Assembly: GCA_001600815.1 (NCBI GenBank)
Contig: BCKZ01000002.1
Coordinates: 1,434,294 to 1,498,293, forward strand
Source: Alloascoidea hylecoeti
Taxonomy: Eukaryota
Direction: 5' to 3'
DNA: 64,000 bases
Shown here: one piece after another, positions 23,854-36,579 of the stretch
How the letters are laid out: each line of letters begins with the position of its first letter
Numbering within the stretch: the first letter of the stretch is position 1
Translations under genes and position numbers: made by a program
Notes under the pieces: model-generated
Databases searched by the model: none
Seen by the model: the letters and a program-made list of their open reading frames with translations, nothing else
Told to the model about the DNA's origin: nothing

Positions 23854-26800
23854 TTATTCCTCCTCATCACTATCTTCGAAAATAAATGGGTCTGGTAAAG
23901 GAGCTTCGTCATTTTCGGCAGCATTTCTTTGTCTAACAGTCTTAATAAATGATGTATCCTCATCCGGTGTTTTGTCTACTAAAACGACAACGCCGCCATT
24001 CCCCCTAAACTTACGTACAGGAACGTATCTTCCCTTCTTAGGGAAAGCAACATATCTTAACTGTTCAGGTAAAACACGGGTTAAGTTCTGAACCTTAAAT
24101 GGTATCCTAGAATACCTTGTTTGAGTATCAGCTTCAGTCTCAGTTGTTATATCAGTATCGGGTACTACTATGTCAGCAGATGGCAATTCATCATCATTAT
24201 CAGCAGCTGGAGTCGTCGGTTCCAGATCCATTTTCTCATCTTCTGGTTCATCGGTAGCAATATGTATAGATTTTTCCTGTTTATTCTCATCTTTAGCTGC
24301 CTTTTCAGCTTTGACTTTTTCACTTTTCTTTGCTCTTTGCTTAGCCTTGACTGTAGTAGATAAAACAGCAGTGGCCACTTTCTCAGGTGCTTTATCCACA
24401 GTCTCTGAAAATTTAGGAGGATAGTCAAACAATGCTGATTTGGTATGACAGTTGAAGTCGAACTTAGGAATTTTTAAATCTTCGCTAATACCAACAATCG
24501 AAGTTGGTGTAAATGACAAAGATAAGAAATGAGTATATGGGAACCAATACCAAAATTGAGAAAATACAGTCAATCCAACAATTGCCTTCATATTTAAATT
24601 ACCTGTTTGGTGATGTTCTAATGAAATGGTGACATTTCTACCACCAGCATCAATTATACCTTGAGCCACAGAAGCACCAAATTTAGCCAAAGCATCTTGA
24701 TTTTTGTTTTGTATAACGCTTGCAAACATTTTTCTAATTTCAGTGACTTTAGGGAATGTCTTTTCATTTTGTTGTATCAAAACCATGGCCATTGAGATCA
24801 AAGCACCTTGTCTTACGAAATCAACTGGATCTTTTGCTAATGGTTCTAGCAATTCGATTGCAGATGATAATGCTTTTCCAGCGCATGAAATACCTAGAGC
24901 TAAAGCACTACCATAACGAACATGTGGATTATGACTTTGTGATAGTAATTCGACCATTCTTGGGACTGCAGTATGGTTTCTTAATAGAATGAAACCCAAT
25001 GAGATAACAGCAACTCTTCTAACATCGTCATTTGAGTCAGAAACGGCAATGTGCAATAATCTCTTAATGGCTTTGTTGTTTCCTGTTCCACAATACGCCA
25101 ATGCAACGGTGAAAACACCACCATATCGTAAAATGGGATCTTGCTCCTCTAATAATCTACTAATCAATTTTTCAGCTGAATCCTCCTTACCGTACATCAT
25201 TAATGCAACACCGATTACGAGACTTCTAATGATTGTCTCATGGGCGGTATCATGGGCATATTGAACCATTTCTTCCACATAGTCTTCATTAGAAGAACCT
25301 AACATGACAAGACCCATTGCTAATCCAGCGGCAGAACTTGCAATAGCTGAATCAGTAAATAAGACAGCTCTTAATTCCTCATAAATAGCAACATTTCCAG
25401 TTGCCATTGCAGCAACACCAACACCTAAAGAAGCACCATGAGAAATAACCTCAACTTCTGGAGAATCAGCACTTTCACTGTTCCTGACCTCTTGCCTCAA
25501 ATATTCAATGACTTCTTTACCATGTCCTGCAAAAATCAAACCCAAAGCATATAAACTACCACCTTGAGTATAATGTGTACCTTTACTACCAGGCAAATAA
25601 GGTTCTAATAAAGCCCTACCTTGGGAAAGATTACCCTTATGTATAACACCTAGAGCGGCGGTAGCAGAAAACTTTGACCAATTGGTTGCCTTACCGAGCC
25701 ATTCTAGATTTGAACGGAAAAAATTATCATCTGCCGTACCAGCATGTAAGAAAGCATTTTCAAAAGTAATAGCAGAATGGAAAATTGAATTTCTTCCATC
25801 TAATAAACTTTTTGATTTCGATAATATGGCCAAGTCTGTATTATTATTTTCAAATAAAAAGGTAAGATCATAATCACATGTTGGGATACCACTTAAAATT
25901 TTATTTATTTTAAAAATAGGACCAGTTTTTGAATCACCTAAACCTTGAGATGTTTTGTTTAAAAGTTCTTGAGATGCAGATGCTACTAAATCAAATGCGA
26001 CCTGATAAGCAACTAATTTTGATTCATTATCATCTTTATTTAACAAGTTTTTAAATAGATCAACAGCTAAGTTATAATCATTCAATTGAACTATGATTTT
26101 TGAGATGACAAAATAATCCGGAGCTTTTAGGCTTAAAACAATAGGTACTAAAGCAGATAGGACTTTATCTCTAAATGTTTTAGCGTTTAATAATGTGGTT
26201 GATACTTGAATAACATAATTGACAAGGTTAAGAGCAGAAGCTTCCCCTCCAATTTCATTATTTCCAGCAACACCTTTTATAATGTTCTCAATTACATCTA
26301 GGCGTCGAGACTCCAGAGAGATACCAATGGTCAATTTCCATTCCTTTGCAGTGTAACACTTTGCTAACATTCTTTCAATTATAATGACAAGCTGAGGATT
26401 GATATTTCTGACTTCATCGGGTAGCGAATCTCTTTCCTCAACGGGAGTATCATGAAATTGTTGTGATAATTCGATATAATGAGAGATACATTTTGAAACT
26501 ATAGTTTCAGCATATTCAGATTTGTCATCGGTACTGAATTTGTCACCAGCAGCCAAGGCAAATTTAACAGACATTTCGAAATCGCCAAGATTGTAGTACA
26601 CCTATTATAGATTAGTAAATTGTGATTGAAAATTAAAATAAGATCCCAATTGGGGGCCATACCTTTGAAGCAAGCAAAGCCGCCAGTTGTCTATCAACAA
26701 ATCTTTCATCTTCGAACAATTCCTCGCTAATATCAGTTAATATAAATATATAATTTAGGGTCGATTGGAAACATTTCACTGAGATTCATACATTTCGGAG

Positions 26801-26928
26801 ACATGGTCTGCGACTTGTGCCCATAACTGCTCGACATTTTTATCCAGCAATTGCAGTGCATAAGCCTTTAAGCCATCATCAGGTTCCCTTAGCAGGGCCA
26901 AATAAGATTCCGCGACAGCTGTTGCCAT
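23854..26928 (-). CDS. RPN2: 26S proteasome regulatory subunit Rpn2 (exons 26928-26792, 26726-26663, 26601-23854; ~982 aa)
   Basis: RQLAALLASKVYYNLG, NLEWLGKATNWSKFSATAALGVIHKG, PC repeats and QFWYWFP. Two introns keep the frame. Confidence 0.96.
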
Positions 26929-26989
26929 TTTAAGAGAAGAGAATAACCAAGATGTGAAGTGGTGATGGTAAATAATAGTGTGAGCAGAG

Positions 26990-26997
26990 TTGCCACC
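26990..26997 (-). promoter_or_regulatory. PACE-like Rpn4 site (GGTGGCAA); second variant AGTGGCAA at 27095-27102
   Basis: TTGCCACC about 60 bp upstream of the RPN2 ATG matches the core of the known Rpn4 PACE element GGTGGCAAA. Confidence 0.65.
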
Positions 26998-27011
26998 TGA
27001 GAGTCTCGATT

Positions 27012-27019
27012 TTACCCGG
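27012..27019 (+). promoter_or_regulatory. Reb1-type site TTACCCGG in RPN2/DeSI divergent promoter
   Basis: Exact TTACCCGG. The same motif recurs in two other divergent promoters (36496, 51165). Confidence 0.55.
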
Positions 27020-27201
27020 CCTGCCTGCTGGGATTTTTCAAGCCCGGTAGTTTCATAAACATGCTTCCGGGTTTTCTTTGTGTGCATTATATTATTGCCA
27101 CTTTTTTCCTATTATGATAAATAGTCTACTTTCTTTCTTTATCAACCGACCTTCTAATAAACTCACTTACCTACTTCTTTCTGTCGATATTCATATTAAT
27201 C

Positions 27202-27693
27202 ATGTCAGATACTTACACAGTACAGCTTTACGTCTATGATCTTTCACATGGTCTAGCCCGCTCACTCGCGCCACAATTATTAGGTTTTCCTCTTGAGGGC
27301 ATCTGGCACACCTCTGTAGTGGTTTACGGAAAAGAGTATTTATATGGCCAAGGCATTCAGCAAACGTTTCCAGGTACCACGCAGCATGGCCAACCCTATG
27401 AGATTGTGGATCTTGGTACCACTGAAATACCGCAGGAAATATTTGAAGAGTACCTACTTGATTTATCAGAGGATTTTACTGCTAATAATTATGATTTATT
27501 CGCACATAATTGTAATCATTTTAGTGAAATTGTTGCAGAGTTTTTAAGTGATTCAAGAATACCTGAAAAAATAACTGGTTTGCCGGAGCAAGTACTGCGG
27601 ACACCATTTGGACAGATGATTAGACCCATGATGATGCAGATGTTACAACCAATTACTACTGCTCCTTTACCTGATAATAATAATATGAATTAG
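27202..27693 (+). CDS. PPPDE/DeSI1-type desumoylating isopeptidase (short form)
   Basis: VQLYVYDLS, GIWHTSVV (catalytic His) and YDLFAHNCNHFS (catalytic Cys). Confidence 0.9.
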   Translation: MSDTYTVQLYVYDLSHGLARSLAPQLLGFPLEGIWHTSVVVYGKEYLYGQGIQQTFPGTTQHGQPYEIVDLGTTEIPQEIFEEYLLDLSEDFTANNYDLFAHNCNHFSEIVAEFLSDSRIPEKITGLPEQVLRTPFGQMIRPMMMQMLQPITTAPLPDNNNMN

Positions 27694-29368
27694 ACTCTAG
27701 AGTCTAGATGTATTCTTGTTTTTTAATATTGTCGGAAAACGACATATTTAGATTTAACATTGCATTAATTTTCTTAGATTTCTATCTTGAGTGTTTGCAA
27801 AAAGTGTAACTACATACATTATAAGAAATCATTTTGGTAATTTAGAACTTTTAGAATCCAAATCATCATACCGAGTAGCAATATAACGATTTGTAGGTAT
27901 ACCGTATTTGAACTACATTAATTTTGTAGTTAGATTTTGAAATTTGAATAATACACATTAAAACCTTTGATTTACTAATGAAATGACGAGTTCATGATTA
28001 AGATATTTCTTGTAGTTTATCTAGAGAATAAGTTATTTTATCTACACAACATTATAACTGGAACTGGTGGCGGTATAATTTGCAATTGATTTGTTATTGT
28101 GCATATGCACCTGGTTAATTACAGCATTTTTACTATCGATATCTGACAATTAATTCAGTATTGTTGGAGTTTGTATGACCTAGATGAGAAGCATTGAGGA
28201 CGAATATAATAACAAACGTTAAGCCATAGTTAAGAAAAGGTGAATGATTCGGTCCGGCAAATTAAATGATAAATTATCCACAGACACAGTACACATTTCC
28301 ACTCTGAATGCACGAATACATTTTCTACCTTCAACGAGGAAAAACTTTTAGTATATATCCATTCTGATCCAACAATCTCGAATTCCAATTCTTAAAGTCA
28401 ATTTCTAGTGAGTATGTTCGATAAGAACATGTACAGGTCCTATCGAATGACTTATAATTGGAATCAGAAGAAACTGCTCTTACTTCATGATCATATTCTA
28501 GCTATGGTGCGATAAAAAGATTAATACAACTTTTGATGTCGAATGCTAAAAGATAATATCTTCCAGTAGTTTATGTTAGATAAATTTTATAGTACATCGT
28601 TTTGGATCAGACTGAGTATTCTGGATTATTTTTAATCAATAACTCTATTCTGAGAATTTCTGACACTGAACCCACGTAATCAATATAGTGTGTAGGTTGT
28701 GTAGCACAATTGTATGTTATTGGTGACATTTGGTACGCTTAATATAGTGCGAATTGGCAAATACAGGTCACCTTCTGTATAGTTTACTAAGCCTTATCTT
28801 ATCATTCGTATTAGAGTTTGGGTTGGAAATTCTGGCAGGAAGATAGGAGAAGAACTCCTGGAGAACAGTATTTGTAAGAAAAAATATACCTAGCTATAGC
28901 GCTATAGCCTGATCTATTCATACAGATATATCTTCATAATTTTCGATCCCAAATTACGGTTAAATTATTTATTTTTATGTTTTATGTTTTATCTTTTATT
29001 AATATTATTATTAATTGTAACTAATTATAAACAAATGTACTAGTGTTGAAACTGTTCTCGTTTTGTACAAAGAAGAGTCGAATAAGTATAGTGAAAGGGA
29101 ATCTTATTTTTTTTTTTTTTCATTTTATTATTATTTCCATTCTAGTGTGGAAATAAAATCTAGAAATAAAATGTTAATCATTTTAAAAATCAAAAAACAT
29201 GGTTAGATTCTCCTGTCTATATATATAGGTATAAGCTTATATATATTTCATTAGCATTCAGTTGAAGAACGTAGATCATAAGAATCATTATGTCACTCCA
29301 TGAGTGTAGCGATAGTGGTGTTTTTATTTTAGTATCGTTCATATGGGTATATTAAATTGTATTTTGGC

Positions 29369-30796
29369 TTAATATAATAAACGAGTAACAATATTAAATG
29401 GAGTTTGTTCTAATTTCTCATATAAGCTCTTAATATCAGCTTGATCAACGTCTGAAATATCAGCCATCAAATAAGCAATTTCTCCATTTGAATCAGAGTA
29501 TTGTTTTTCGATATTATGATTTGCAAAAATTTCATTAACAGTACGTAAAACACCGGGAACATTTTGATGAACATATAAAACACGCACAGCATTTTCTTGA
29601 TCTAAATCTAATGAACGTAAAGAAACTTCTGGGAAGTTGACAGCGCCATTTGATGAACCTTCATTAATATATTTTGTAAGTGATGTTGCAACTTCTGTAC
29701 CAATTGCACTCTGGGCTTCTTCTGTTGAACCACCAATATGTGGAGTTAAAATAACATTACGTAATGATTGTAAATCAGAAGTCCATGGATTTAAATTATT
29801 TGTGAACAAATCTGAACCATTCTTAGCTGGTTCATGTGGATAAACATCTAAAGCAGTACCAGCAATTTTACCAGTTTTCATTGTGTCAACAAGAGCTTGA
29901 ATATCAACAACAGTACCTCTTGAAGCATTGATTAAATATGAGCCTTCCTTCATAGCGGCAAATTGAGGATATGAGATCATATTCTTAGTATCAGCAGTTT
30001 CTGGAACGTGTAATGTAACGAAATCAGAAACAGCTAGTAGTTCATTTAAAGAACCAACTTGCTTTGCCGTACCTAAAGACATAATCATTAAAATATCATA
30101 ATATACAACGTTCATTCCCATTGATTCAGCTAACACAGATAATTGTGAACCAATATGACCATAACCAATAATTCCCAGAGTTTTACCACGAATTTCCCAA
30201 CATTTAGCACTGACTTTATTCCAGATACCAGTATGTAATTCAATTGATCTATCACCGAATTGTCTTGACAAACAAATGATTTCTCCAATAACTAATTCAG
30301 CAACAGATCTTGAATTTGAAAAAGGAGAATTAAAGACAGCAAGACCATTTTTAGCAGCAAATTTCAAATCAACTTGATTTGTACCAATACAAAAGCAACC
30401 AATAACAGTCAAATTTTTAGCTTCTTTTAAAACTCTTTCTGTTAATTTTGTTTTTGATCTAATACCAATTGCATGAACATCTTTAATTTTTTCAATTAAT
30501 TGGTCTTCGGATAATGAAGTTTTATAAAACTCTACCTGATACCCTTGGTCATTAAAAATTTTAATAGCAGTTTGATTAACGTTTTCTAGTAATAAGACCT
30601 TAATATCACCAGTGGAAAAAGGTTTTAATGGTTTTGCAGGTTTTGAAGAAAAAGAAGCTCTTCTAAAAGTATCATAACTCGATAAAAATGGACTGGCCGT
30701 TGGAGAAGCAGATACTGCATTTGGAGATCTAGAGGCAGAAACTTTCAAAGAATTGAAACTTGATGGTAAATTATCAATGTTTTGAGGAGATGACAT
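29369..30796 (-). CDS. SER3: D-3-phosphoglycerate dehydrogenase
   Basis: LKPFSTGDIKVLLLENVN, GCFCIGTNQVDL, GIIGYGHIGSQLS, LTPHIGGSTEEAQ and a C-terminal ACT domain. Confidence 0.96.
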   Translation of the reverse strand: MSSPQNIDNLPSSFNSLKVSASRSPNAVSASPTASPFLSSYDTFRRASFSSKPAKPLKPFSTGDIKVLLLENVNQTAIKIFNDQGYQVEFYKTSLSEDQLIEKIKDVHAIGIRSKTKLTERVLKEAKNLTVIGCFCIGTNQVDLKFAAKNGLAVFNSPFSNSRSVAELVIGEIICLSRQFGDRSIELHTGIWNKVSAKCWEIRGKTLGIIGYGHIGSQLSVLAESMGMNVVYYDILMIMSLGTAKQVGSLNELLAVSDFVTLHVPETADTKNMISYPQFAAMKEGSYLINASRGTVVDIQALVDTMKTGKIAGTALDVYPHEPAKNGSDLFTNNLNPWTSDLQSLRNVILTPHIGGSTEEAQSAIGTEVATSLTKYINEGSSNGAVNFPEVSLRSLDLDQENAVRVLYVHQNVPGVLRTVNEIFANHNIEKQYSDSNGEIAYLMADISDVDQADIKSLYEKLEQTPFNIVTRLLY

Positions 30797-30881
30797 ATTT
30801 GTATGAAATAGAAAGGGATGAAAATGAAAGGTATTAAAATGAAAAGTATGAGAAGTATGAGAAGAAAGAAAAGTTTGTGTA

Positions 30882-30918
30882 TGACTCTTATAATCCTGAA
30901 AATTTGACTACACGTGAT
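30882..30918. promoter_or_regulatory. Gcn4/Bas1-type TGACTC (30882-30887) and Cbf1-type CACGTGA (30911-30917) upstream of SER3
   Basis: Motifs lie 85-120 bp upstream of an amino-acid biosynthesis gene. Short motifs, so support comes from context only. Confidence 0.5.
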
Positions 30919-31398
30919 ATTGGAAAAGTATTCACCAAAAACAAGGAATTGAATGGAAAAGAACCCTTTTAATGCTTATTATAATTCGATGGACATCATA
31001 ACACTCTTTTTTTCGCATTGATGATAACTCATGATTAAGGGGTCTCCGTCAAGCTGTCATTGGGATATGTATTAGGTTCTAACTTAAAACCATGACATCG
31101 ATGAGATGAGTTCATTATTTCCTTCAAATTCCAAATAACTTACATGAATTTACATATTCATGGTCAATTAATAATTATTGCAATTGTTGTAGTTTAAACA
31201 ATAAATGGTTGCAATTGATATCTTATAGTTTTCCATGGCCAGTGGTCACACATCTTACCAAATACCCATACTTCCTGTGTGCCAAAAATTTAAGCCACTA
31301 CGGATGTATGGATGATTCACACGCAGGATTTAATTGAACTTAAGACAATGAGATGATATTTTAGTATCACAGAACCTGATACAATTATTGTTACTCTA

Positions 31399-32969
31399 AT
31401 GAGACGCAATAACGATGATAATCTACCATCAACTTCTGGGCGACAACCATACAGAGGTAGAATACCTCGAGACACAAAACACGTGTACAATTATTATTCA
31501 AACGAAACTAATAAGGAGATGGATCTAGATGAATTCGATTATTATGCAAATGGAGACGTTGATCCAGATAACGTAGACCATTACTCTCCAGACCGTGAAA
31601 ACAAACCTAGCAATATTCTTTCAATTAAAAGAATTCCGAATTCAATACCTTTTAAGGATGTTCAAAATACAATTCAAGCATTATGCCTTGATGTTTTTGG
31701 AAAATCATTTCCAAATAAACCTATTATTAAGATAGATGAGTTGTTGAAGAATAGCGATAGATGGAATGCTTCAATTGAGTTTGACTCGATAGAGCAAGCA
31801 GTGAAATTCTACAAAATATACTCTGTTATCGCTTTAATGTCCGACACTAGTGAAAGCAAAGTATACCCATTGAATTTAAAATATGCTCCCGATAATACAA
31901 AAGATTGGATACGTGGATCTGTGAGTATTTTTAAAATTAATAAATGACTATTATTTCTATGTCGATGATTGATAATTAATATATCAATTATTCTAGGATG
32001 GAATGGGCAATAAAATTCCAATAAACGTATCTATAACTACAGCTAGACGTGATAATTCAAATGGTCCAAAATTCCAAAACAATGGTTCAAAAGATAAAGG
32101 AAATATCAATTCTCCATCTCAATTCTTACTGTTACGTAATCTGAAAAAAAAGACAACTGAAGAAAATCTTTTCAATTGTTTATTAAATAAAGAAAATTTG
32201 AAATTTGAAAGATTATTATTAATTAAAGATAAATTAACAAATATTAGTCTTGGATTTGCTTTCATTGAATTTTCAAGTACGGAAAGTGCAATTAAAACTT
32301 ATGAGAAATATAATAATAATAAAGAAAAAAAGTTAACAATTGATTCAAGTTATATTAGTGTATCGTTTATACATCTTGGTGTTTTCATTCCTGTAATGGA
32401 TAATATCATAGTTGATGGATTCTGGAATAGTAATACTACAACTTATTTACAGTATTGGGATTCCAATGCTATAGTTATAGAATACCCTATTCCTGACAAT
32501 AATGAAGAAGAGAAAAATATGAATAACGAAATCAACGCTCCAGGGAAGAAGAAACGAAAAAGGAAGTTTAAGGAGAAAGAAACTGAAAAAGAAGTAAGCT
32601 TAATATATATTTTTGATTTTATTTACCACTTTTAATACTAACTATAACCAATGGTTTAATTTATCTTTTTAGTTACCAAAACAACTCCAAACATGGAATA
32701 GTAAACAGAACGAACTGCGACATAGTTCATTTCAAACATTACCTATTCATGATGTTAATAATCATAGCGATAAAAATAAGCAATCGTTTTCTGATCTACA
32801 TAAATTAATTTGTATCCTGTGCTATAGGAAATTCCAAAATTTAGATGAATTAAAGGAACATGAAATGTATAGTGATTATCACAAATACAGACTTCATAAT
32901 TTTGAAGAGAGCCCACAAACAATGGAAAATCAAGAGATTAAGATCTTAACGGGGATAATTAATAAATAA
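31399..32969 (+). CDS. RBM5/RBM10-like RRM + C2H2 zinc-finger protein (exons 31399-31920, 31997-32593, 32673-32969; ~471 aa)
   Basis: Two RRM-like units (second: PSQFLLLRNL...SLGFAFIEF...SVSFIHLGVF), LQYWD, LQTWNSKQNEL and the finger CILCYRKF...HEMYSDYH. Introns GTGAGT..TAG and GTAAGC..TACTAAC..TAG, both phase 0. Confidence 0.7.
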
Positions 32970-33113
32970 TATTATAATCAATTTGTCAACATTTGAATTT
33001 TGATATGACATCACGTGTGGTACAGTTTCGAATTCTAGCGGTATAAAAGAAGCAATCCAACTCTGTTTTCTAATCAATTGCAGATCAATTGCAATAAATT
33101 ATAAGTTCAAATC

Positions 33114-33683
33114 ATGTCAGTTCCAGAATTGAAGACTTTATTGACCATACACTTAAACGTCGAGGAACCAAAGCAAATCTACACAACTCCTCAAGGGTCG
33201 CTTAGTGAGTTTTCCTTTAATGTAGATCCCGTTGAAAGGGTTTTTGATATATTAACATAATACTATTATCCATATGTAGCCAGTGTCGTCATAAAGAATG
33301 GAATTATAAAATCTACAGATCCGGACAATTATCCTTTTGAAGCTAGTATTTCATACGGTTATGATGATCTCACCACAAAAGATGGCGAAGTTATAAATCT
33401 TGACTGTAAACTCTATGGTGAAACGGTCAATGGCTCAGGATTATTATTGAGTTACTATGGGGTCGTTGTACCAAATGAGAGCGTTAAGAATGTTTTAGGC
33501 AAGAAATCTTCAACTATGGAAATTGAAGATGGTTATGTTACATGCAATCCTGTGTTTAAGTTAGATGCAAAGGCAGAGAAAGAAAGTTGGGTTTATAAAA
33601 AGAATTTTGTTGGGAAAGGTAGATTTATTAGAGATGAAAGTGGTGGTCTTATTGTTCAATATAATGTTTATGCTCTTGAGTAG
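33114..33683 (+). CDS. DUF3237/UPF0311-like small beta-barrel protein (exons 33114-33204, 33280-33683; ~164 aa)
   Basis: Intron GTGAGT..TATTAAC..TAG gives a continuous ORF. The pattern GYDDL..DG..LDCKLYGET.NG...LSYYGVV...P.F.....W....FVGKGRF resembles DUF3237. Confidence 0.6.
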
Positions 33684-34348
33684 TTATACAATTATATAGT
33701 ACTAGTTATATCATTAACACTCATTATATTAACTTTAACCCTCCAACAATTTCATGTTCGTAAGAAAACCTACCAGTAGGTACTTGTCTGTTGTCATCAA
33801 GCCAAACTTTACGAATTAATTATGTATCAATTTCCTTGAAAATGCAAGCCAATTTGATTTTACAATGCTACTGATTATTAGTATTCAGTGAGGTCTATAA
33901 TTAATCAATCATCAATTTTTTTATAATTAGGACGACATGCAATTGTTTCTACAGCCGATTTTGCGATATCGACATACCAAAAGTTAACGTTTAACTTTTT
34001 TATTGATCAGATGAATGAAAATAAATTTGCCGATATAAATTAATATAATAGTGAAGATGTTTTCAAATTGTATAAGATATATAAGCTATATCAATATCTT
34101 TAATAATAAACATAAATCAACAAAAACCATCAGTTTCAACTTCAAAAACCTGTATAATTATAAATAAATAAGAGACATAATTGGGTAATATTATAGAAAG
34201 AATAATATATTAATATAACAAATGATGATAATGCAAACCGGCCACAGAGAAATAATTACAACTCTAGATCAATACTGAGTAAAAAATAAAAATAAAAACC
34301 AAAAATTTAAAAGGGAAAGTCACACATGAATATTTTAAGTAATAATTT

Positions 34349-36373
34349 TTATTCTTTTCTCTGTCTTTTCTTTTTACCTCTGTTTTCTTTATCTTTAATT
34401 TCGTTATCATTTTCATTGAAATTATCATTATCATCATCAGATTTTTCATTTCTAGATCTTTTTAAATCATTATCTTCATCTAAATATTGTAATTGTCCAG
34501 CAAGATATGTTCTTTCAATATTTGCAGCAGTTTTCAATTGTTCTTCAATTGTTGGAAACATAACATTATCATCATTAACAATAACAATATTTGTTAATTT
34601 TGAACCAAGATCTAAATTTAATAATTTCATTGATACATTTAAAACTTTTTCTATTTTTGAAGCATTCAAAAATGGTGATGAGATTTTTATTGAATTATTA
34701 GAAATATTATTATTCATTAATAAAGATTCTTTTTGAAATAAATGATAAAAGTGAAGTTTTTTATCAACACCACATGTAATTGCTAATAAACTTCTATCTA
34801 ATGGCAATAGAGGTCTTTCATTAACTGATTCAATATATGGACCTGATGGGCTTGGATCATCCCCCTCAGCACCTCCATTTGACATTGAGTTTAATGAAAT
34901 TGTTGATAATGATGATGATAAAGTTAATGGGGTTTCAAATGAATGGTTAAGACTAACTAATCGACGGCGTGGAGCTGGTAACTGTTGTTGAAGATTTAAA
35001 TTTGATCGATTAAGATTATTATAATTATCAGCTACTGACATTTCAATATCATGATCTGTATCCATCTCATCTTCTGAATTTGTCAATGAAATAGCATCAT
35101 TAAAAACATTACTTATTCCATGATTAGGACCTTCTGAAAAAATTGCATCAAACGATATTAGTGTACCTGGGTCACAGTTAAAATTTCTAACATCTGATGA
35201 GATTGATTTTGATACATCATGATAGCCATCAATGTAGCCAATAGTTTGAAAAGAATCAGCGTACCATAAAGTTCTTTCATCCGGGCCTAACATCATATTA
35301 ACTAAAGGATGATCAGATACTTCAACTTTAAGAATCGGACGACTTGATACCCGAGTTTCATAGATATTAATAAACCCGAATCGTGTACATGATGCAATTC
35401 TCCAACCATCATTAATAGGTCTTCTTAAATCTAGAAATTGTATATCACTTATCCAACATGGAGCTTTGTTACCGAATTGATCCTTTTCACTATTTTTTGC
35501 TTTCCATAAATATTTTAATCTCGCTGGGGGTATAAAACTGGGTGCTGATGAAGAAGTATAACCACGAGTACCAATATCATATTCTAATCTAGTACCAATT
35601 GCATAACGCATTGTATTCATACGTGGTCTAGACACCAATGAATTTGACATTCCTTGTGCGGGATTGTATAAACGAATTATTTCAACATCATTATCTTTAC
35701 CACCTGCTGCTGCTATTCCAGGTTGAAATGGATGTAGTCTAAATGCATTAATTGGATTACGGATTTCCTATAAGGACCAGTTAACGTTAGTTGGATGATA
35801 GCTATCTTGTTGTGATATAGGAATAAAAACTTACGACAACATGATAACTAAAATCACTATCATCATCAGTTAAATCCCTAATTGCAACTTTCCCTTCAAC
35901 AGAACAGCTACATAGTTTCCCATTTGAGTATTGAAGAGCAGAAATGGCATCATCCGCCTTTTTTGTCGCACCTTTCCATTCTTTAACTAGTTCAAACCCT
36001 TTCATTACATCGTAAAGTTGTACTATTCCTCCCCGTCTTGCAACGGCAATCTAAACAAAAGGTTTCAAAAATTGAAATGTTAATATCATAAGCCTGATCT
36101 AACTGTGGGATTAGACTTACGTATTCTGTATGCCCTTGTTTTATAACGGTCATTTTTTGAACATAAGAAGAAATACCTTCATCACCGAAATGTTTTATAT
36201 TGTTTTTTATTTCATTGGTATTGATGTTTATATCGGAAATGTTTAGCTCAGGAAGATCGATTACTTGTATAGCTAGGCGTTAGTAAAAATATATATATAA
36301 ATAAAAAGGATAAAGTTGGTGAACACTTACCAGAAAGGCCTCCAGTCGAGTCCGTTGAAACAACTAACTTCAT
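34349..36373 (-). CDS. NSA1: Nsa1/WDR74-like WD40 ribosome biogenesis protein (exons 36373-36331, 36272-36121, 36050-35835, 35767-34349; ~609 aa)
   Basis: AAGGKDNDVEII, LWKAKN..D....PCWISDIQFLD, TRFG...YETR...RP, CGVDKKLHFY and a basic C-terminus. Three GTAAGT..TAG introns keep the frame. Confidence 0.7.
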
Positions 36374-36495
36374 TCTAACTGGTGTTGCTTCTTTCCACTT
36401 CTTTATTCAGATTTACTTCTCTTTTTAGCTTCTTGTGTGTAAACAAGTCCTCCAAGATGTTTTAAATCCCATGCCAACTTTATGTCCCACACTGG

Positions 36496-36503
36496 CCGGG
36501 TAA
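36496..36503 (-). promoter_or_regulatory. Reb1-type site in NSA1/PRP21 divergent promoter
   Basis: CCGGGTAA in a ~200 bp divergent intergenic region. Confidence 0.55.
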
Positions 36504-36579
36504 ACTTTGATGGGGACACACTTTTTCACCCTCCTAAACCTTTAAATTTATTAAATTCCAATATATTTATTTATTAATA

